Shown here: piece after piece, positions 57,044 to 64,000 of the stretch
Layout: the number at the start of each line of letters is the position of its first letter
Position numbering within the stretch: the stretch's first letter is position 1
NCBI RefSeq assembly: GCF_009914755.1
Contig: NC_060930.1
From: the human T2T-CHM13v2.0 reference genome, Homo sapiens
Reading direction: 5' to 3' (one strand)
Length of the DNA stretch: 64,000 nucleotides
Translations under genes and position numbers: made by a program
The notes under the pieces: model-generated
Database searches by the model: none
Told to the model about the DNA's origin: nothing
The model's input: only the letters and a program-made list of their open reading frames with translations

Positions 57044-59379
57044 AAACTCTACAAGCGCATAATACATTTCTAAATACTGGTATATACTGGGAGTAATATA
57101 ATACCTTTTAAAACATACCACATATAGCACTACAGAGTTAGTTCTGCTATAATTACTCCTGCCTTCCTACACTGAGTATTACAAAAAAGCTTCACTGGCT
57201 ACGGCAGTGGCTTGATATATTGTTAGTAACATATTCTGACACAGCTCAAAATGTGGATCATTAGGCATAATTTTATAGAAAGCATCGAAATAGGCTTGCA
57301 ATGATATCAGAAAGGAAAACAAAACCGCGATTCTGCCCAACCGCGGTACTGCACTGTTACAGAGCAATTTCTCCTTGGATTGCACACCTGCTTTCTGGCC
57401 CATTAAGTCCTGCTGTCTTTACAAGGAATTGAGGTTGTAATGTCTTTCCCCAATGCATATTTTTATGGGACCATGCATAACAAGTACACATAAAGTACAT
57501 ATGAATGAACATGCTGCCAACCTCATTTTTAATATGTCTGATCTGACTAGAAAAGAAAAACACTTACCTTAGAAAATAAATCTCTTAATTGCTTAAAGCT
57601 CTGTAACAGTTATTTCCTGACATATATTGCAAGAATTCCCTGTAGCTGTGTGGAATCATTATTCTGTTCACTTATATATATATACATTCCTAGAAACATG
57701 ATCTGATATCATTTTTCATAAAGAAGCAGTATTTAGGAATAATGTGCACATCAGATCTATTTTTGTGCACATCAAAATTCCACTGTGCCAAGCTCCTGCA
57801 GTCACCTGTCATTAAAGTAATTCCAGTAAGCTGTATCTCCCCTTTCTCTGCTGTGCACAGACCACTTCTCAACATATTTTCATGGTTTGCAGAATATATC
57901 AAGAGTTAGCTAAGAAATAATTTCAACAGTAGAGTTCCACTGGGAATGTCAATAAGCTAAGGGCATTTTGGCCACACTATCTGCATTTCTGAGTTTTATT
58001 TTAAGATTAAATAAGTTTGAGACAGAAGAAGCACTGATCTGTACCTGATGGAACAATGGTCTTTCATCAGAGACATATGTACATTGAAAAGGTGAGGTGG
58101 TAGTTGCAATGAAATTAATGTAGTTGGGTTCTAGAGTTCTTTGAAATTTAATCTAATCAAGAACCCAAATCTGCAATTTTCGAGACCTTTAAATTTTTTG
58201 ATACGAAGTTTTAAAAGTTAGTGTTATCATACTACTTTTATTATAAATACATATGTCGATTTTTTTTTTTACTATCTTGACTTATTAAGTCAGCTAAAAT
58301 TAAAAGTCAAGTAAAATTGTCCTGGCTGGCTAATTAAGGTGAAAATGGTCAACCCATCTTTCCCATGAAAATATAATAATTATTTATACTGACATTTGAA
58401 AATATTAAGTGACATATATAAAATTATTTTTCTCTCAGTATTTAGAAAATATTGCAAAGGGATAAGTGTATATCAGAAGCCTATTTTTCAGTTATTAGGA
58501 GAAAATGATATCTAATAAAAGGGAATAAATGGCAAATCCAATTTCTGATTTAACTTTGAACAGAACAACTTTTATATATGATTTTGAATTTTTGTTTAAT
58601 AATATGAATTTCAAAGAAATAATCAGAGATATCTTGGGAAATACAGGTGTCATGTTGACCAGAAAATAATCTGAATGTCATTTTTAAAGTCTTATGTATT
58701 TTACTCAGTTTATCCCTTTTCTCGTGTTTTCTATCAATATATTCTCTCCAGATTTTGTGGACTTGCAATTGTTATTATGAGGTGGCAAGGGGGAAAAATG
58801 CAAGCTCTTTTCAAGGACAGAGTCAAGGTACCAAAGGGAAAATCAACCAGAGAAAGAATAACCATCTGTTCTGTTTCCTACCAAAATGTAAAAACATGTT
58901 ACTTCACATCAAAGGAAGCATTAAAAATTATTCTTAGAAAAACTAATACGTCCAACTTCAATAAATACCTATAATATTATTTAATTTATGTTATTTCAGT
59001 ATAGCAGTAGACTTAATTAAATATAGTAAGTTCTTCACATCTCTTCATTGCAATGAACATGTGTAAAGACATTTAGGTCAAGTTTTGAGTGAGAAGAAAA
59101 TAAATTATCTGTGTAGCTCAACCAAAGTGAAGTAACAAAAACAGTCAATGTCTAAGGCTTTTATCACATAATCCTAGTGAGTTTTTAAGTTATATAATAC
59201 CTTGATGAGCATGCTGACTCAGAAAGAATTTTCAAATTGTATCAAGAATGTTTTGTGACATAACTGGGTAGAGTATCTGCCTGTGCATACTATCAAGATT
59301 TTGTCCTGTGTGACAGAATCAAATTTTCTAAAATGTATTTGGTTAAGTGTTGTTTCTAAACGATAAAAATGGAAAGTAA

Positions 59380-59724
<345 letters not shown>

Positions 59725-59929
59725 CAAAACACTTTTTTAACTGAATCTATCAAATATATTGTTTTTGCAGGCCAATGATTCCCAATCGTAATGTAATGTT
59801 TACAGATGCCCATCTAAATTTCTCAAATAATTGATTTTATTGTATTTAAAATATAATACATACTACTTTTGCAGGGAATAGGAGACTGAAATTATTCAAA
59901 TGTTTTTTGGGTGCCAAAAACTGTATATT

Positions 59930-60060
59930 TATCTTATTTATATTTTCACAATCCTATTAAATATTATTATTCCATACATTTTCTTAGATAAGGCACTTCA
60001 GAGATGTTAGATAATTTATCCAATATTCCACAGCTCTGATTTGAACCCATGTTGACTCCC
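59930..60060 (-). mobile_element. MIR fragment
   Basis: ttttcacaatcctatt...attttcttagataagg...cagagatgttagataatttatccaa...gatttgaaccc. Confidence 0.7.
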
Positions 60061-60329
60061 ACACCTGTGTTGCTAGTGGAGAATAAAGGCTATGAGCGAT
60101 ATCGTATCATATTGTAAAGATGTAAAAATGGCTCTTAATCTGGGTTACAGAAAAACTTTGATCACTTCAGGAATAATTTTGCTATCTGGGTTGTTGTTTT
60201 TTGTTTGTTTGTTTGTTTTTTCCTAATGTTAAATATATTCATTGAATAAACAAAGCAAGTAGCCTTTCATCACTGGCTGATATTCACTCACATTCCCATT
60301 TCACTAAAAGAATTCAAGTTTCTGGTCCA

Positions 60330-60500
60330 GGAAGCAGTGCAGAATTAAAGGCTTGGGCTTGGGAGTTAGCAGGCTTGGACTCCAAACCTAGCTCTAAGGT
60401 TTACCAGTTGTGTTAAGACAGCTTGCTTTTAACTTCTCTCAGTTTCAATTTATTCATCTATAAGAGAGAATAATAATCAGATGTATAAAATGTATGTAAA
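60330..60500 (+). mobile_element. MIR fragment
   Basis: ggctttgg-like start, ...aacttctctcagtttcaatttattcatctataagagagaataataa. Confidence 0.7.
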
Positions 60501-61179
60501 AACAAGAAGAAATAGATAGATGTTACTTCTGGTCAAGAATAAATTCAATTTTGTATCTCTAAACAGAGTCACAAAAGTTTAAACTCATATGGAAGAGATC
60601 TCTATATAGTTTTATCTCTTTTTATTGTATACAATAATTTCTAATGTGATTAAAAAGAATAAAACAAAGGAACACTGGGCAAAACAATGGAAGTGTTTTC
60701 TAATGTGATATTCATGATTTATCATTGTATGCTGTAAGCTTGCAAGAAAAATTTTTTAAAAATCACTATTAATTAGGAAGATACTATTTAAAACACAATA
60801 GAAACGTCCAGAAAATCTGATTTTTTTTTTTTTTTATCCAGAGTACCCCAATGGCTTGACCATTCTTCGTGGAATGGTCAACAATGGAAAACAACAATGG
60901 AGCTAAAATTGTCTTGTGGCAAATGCAGTGATTGTGATTTGTCGCAATTCCATGTGGCTCTGAAATATTAAGGTTATGAGAAAACCAAGTCCTGAGTATC
61001 ACAAACTCTGTTATACATAGTCAAATACAACTTTAACCAATTCTGTCACAGTTGATGTAATAAAAATATATATTTGCACATTCATTATGTTTATACTTAA
61101 CATTTCTCAGAGGAATGCTTATTTCACTTCATCTTTATAATATTAATTATTGAAGTAGTTTTAATCAAATGTCTTGTTA

Positions 61180-62907
<1,728 letters not shown>

Positions 62908-64000
62908 AAAATCCTAGAAGAATATCAAGGCAATACCCTTCAGGACAAAGGCATGGGCAAAGATTTTATGTTGAAATCGCCAAAAGCAATTGCAACAAAA
63001 GCAAAAATTGACAAATGGGATCTAATTAAACTAAAAAGCTTCCGCACAGCAAAAGAAACTATCATCAGAGCAAACAGACAACCTACAGAATGGGAGAATA
63101 TTTTTGCAATCAATCCACCTGACAAAGATCTAACATCCAGAATCTACAAGGAACTTAAGCAAATTTACAAGAAAACTAAACCCATTAAAAAGTGGGCAAA
63201 GGACATAAATAGACACTTCTCAAAAGAAGAGATACATGCAGCCAAGCAACATATGAAAAAAAGCTCAACATCACTGATCATTAGAGAAATGCGAAATATG
63301 GTACCTCGGCGAGATACCGTCTCATGCCAGACAAAATGGTGATTATTAAAGTCAAGAAATAACAGATGCTGGTGAGGTTGTGGAGAAACAGGAACACTTT
63401 TACACTATTGACGAGAATGTAAATTAGCTCAATCATTGTGGAAGACAGTTTGGCAATTCCTCAAAGATTTAGAACCAGAAATATCATTTGACTCAGCAAT
63501 CATATTACTGTGTATATACCCAAAGGAATATAAATCATTCCATTAAAAAGGTACATGCACATGTATGTTTGTTGCAGCACTATTCAAAATAGCAAAGACA
63601 TGAAATCAACCCAAATGCCCAACAATGATAGACTGGATAAAGAAAATGTGGTACATATGCACCATGGGATACTATGCAGCTGTAAAAAGGAAGGAGATAA
63701 CGTACTTTGCAGGAACATGGATGAAGCCAGAAGTCATTATCCTTGGCAAACTAACACAGGAACGGAAAACCAAACACTGCATGTTCTAATTTATAAGTGA
63801 GAGCTGAACAATGAGGACACATGGACACAGGGAGGGGAACAACACACATTGGGACCTCTCAGGGGAGGGCAGAGGGTGGGGTAGAGCATCAGGAAAAATA
63901 GCTAATGCATGCCAGGCTGAATATCTAGGTGATGGATTGATAAGTGCAGCAAACCACCATGGCACATATTTACCTATGTAACAAACCTGCACATCCTGCA
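62908..64000 (+). mobile_element. 5'-truncated L1PA8-like element, runs off the window
   Basis: ORF 62890-63342 [15 protein letters not shown]; 3'UTR gggtagagcatcaggaaaaatagctaatgcatg. Confidence 0.92.

Noticed and set aside
57179-57902. Protein-like minus-strand ORFs (AYFDAFYKIMPNDPHFELCQ..., NHENMLRSGLC...)
   Set aside because: No recognisable family and no convincing paired splice sites; cannot be supported without a homology search.
58762-58837. Plus-strand exon-like segment (ctctccag|...AAG|gtacca)
   Set aside because: Moderate donor, unrecognised peptides and no partner exons.

Overview
AT-rich primate genomic DNA, probably from an ape, since it carries AluS/AluY and L1PA2-5-like copies; the species cannot be fixed from the sequence. 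Most of the window is interspersed repeats, many of them nested. These include L2/MIR, old L1M, several L1PA/L1PB insertions, Alus, MaLR and ERV solo LTRs, MER2/MER107 DNA transposons and a near-complete, env-less HERV-L provirus with MLT2A1-type LTRs (40709-46988). No host protein-coding gene can be identified. All long ORFs are L1 ORF2 or HERV-L relics, although several minus-strand exon-like segments and a strong L1 strand bias hint that the window may be intronic to a minus-strand transcript. The most unusual object is a ~105 bp TSD-flanked insertion at 56938-57043 made only of the first ~93 nt of the L1 5'UTR (promoter, YY1 site) joined directly to a poly(A) tail, the reverse of normal 5'-truncated L1 copies. 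Other highlights are three L1 copies of different subfamily type sharing non-consensus variants (two share an ORF2 frameshift), an L1-associated MER2 fold-back rearrangement, a template-switch palindrome in one HERV-L LTR, and a double AP-1 palindrome abutting a 12-bp hairpin at 26583-26639. Subfamily names come from recalled consensus sequences and need RepeatMasker/Dfam confirmation. Boundaries of old repeats are approximate.
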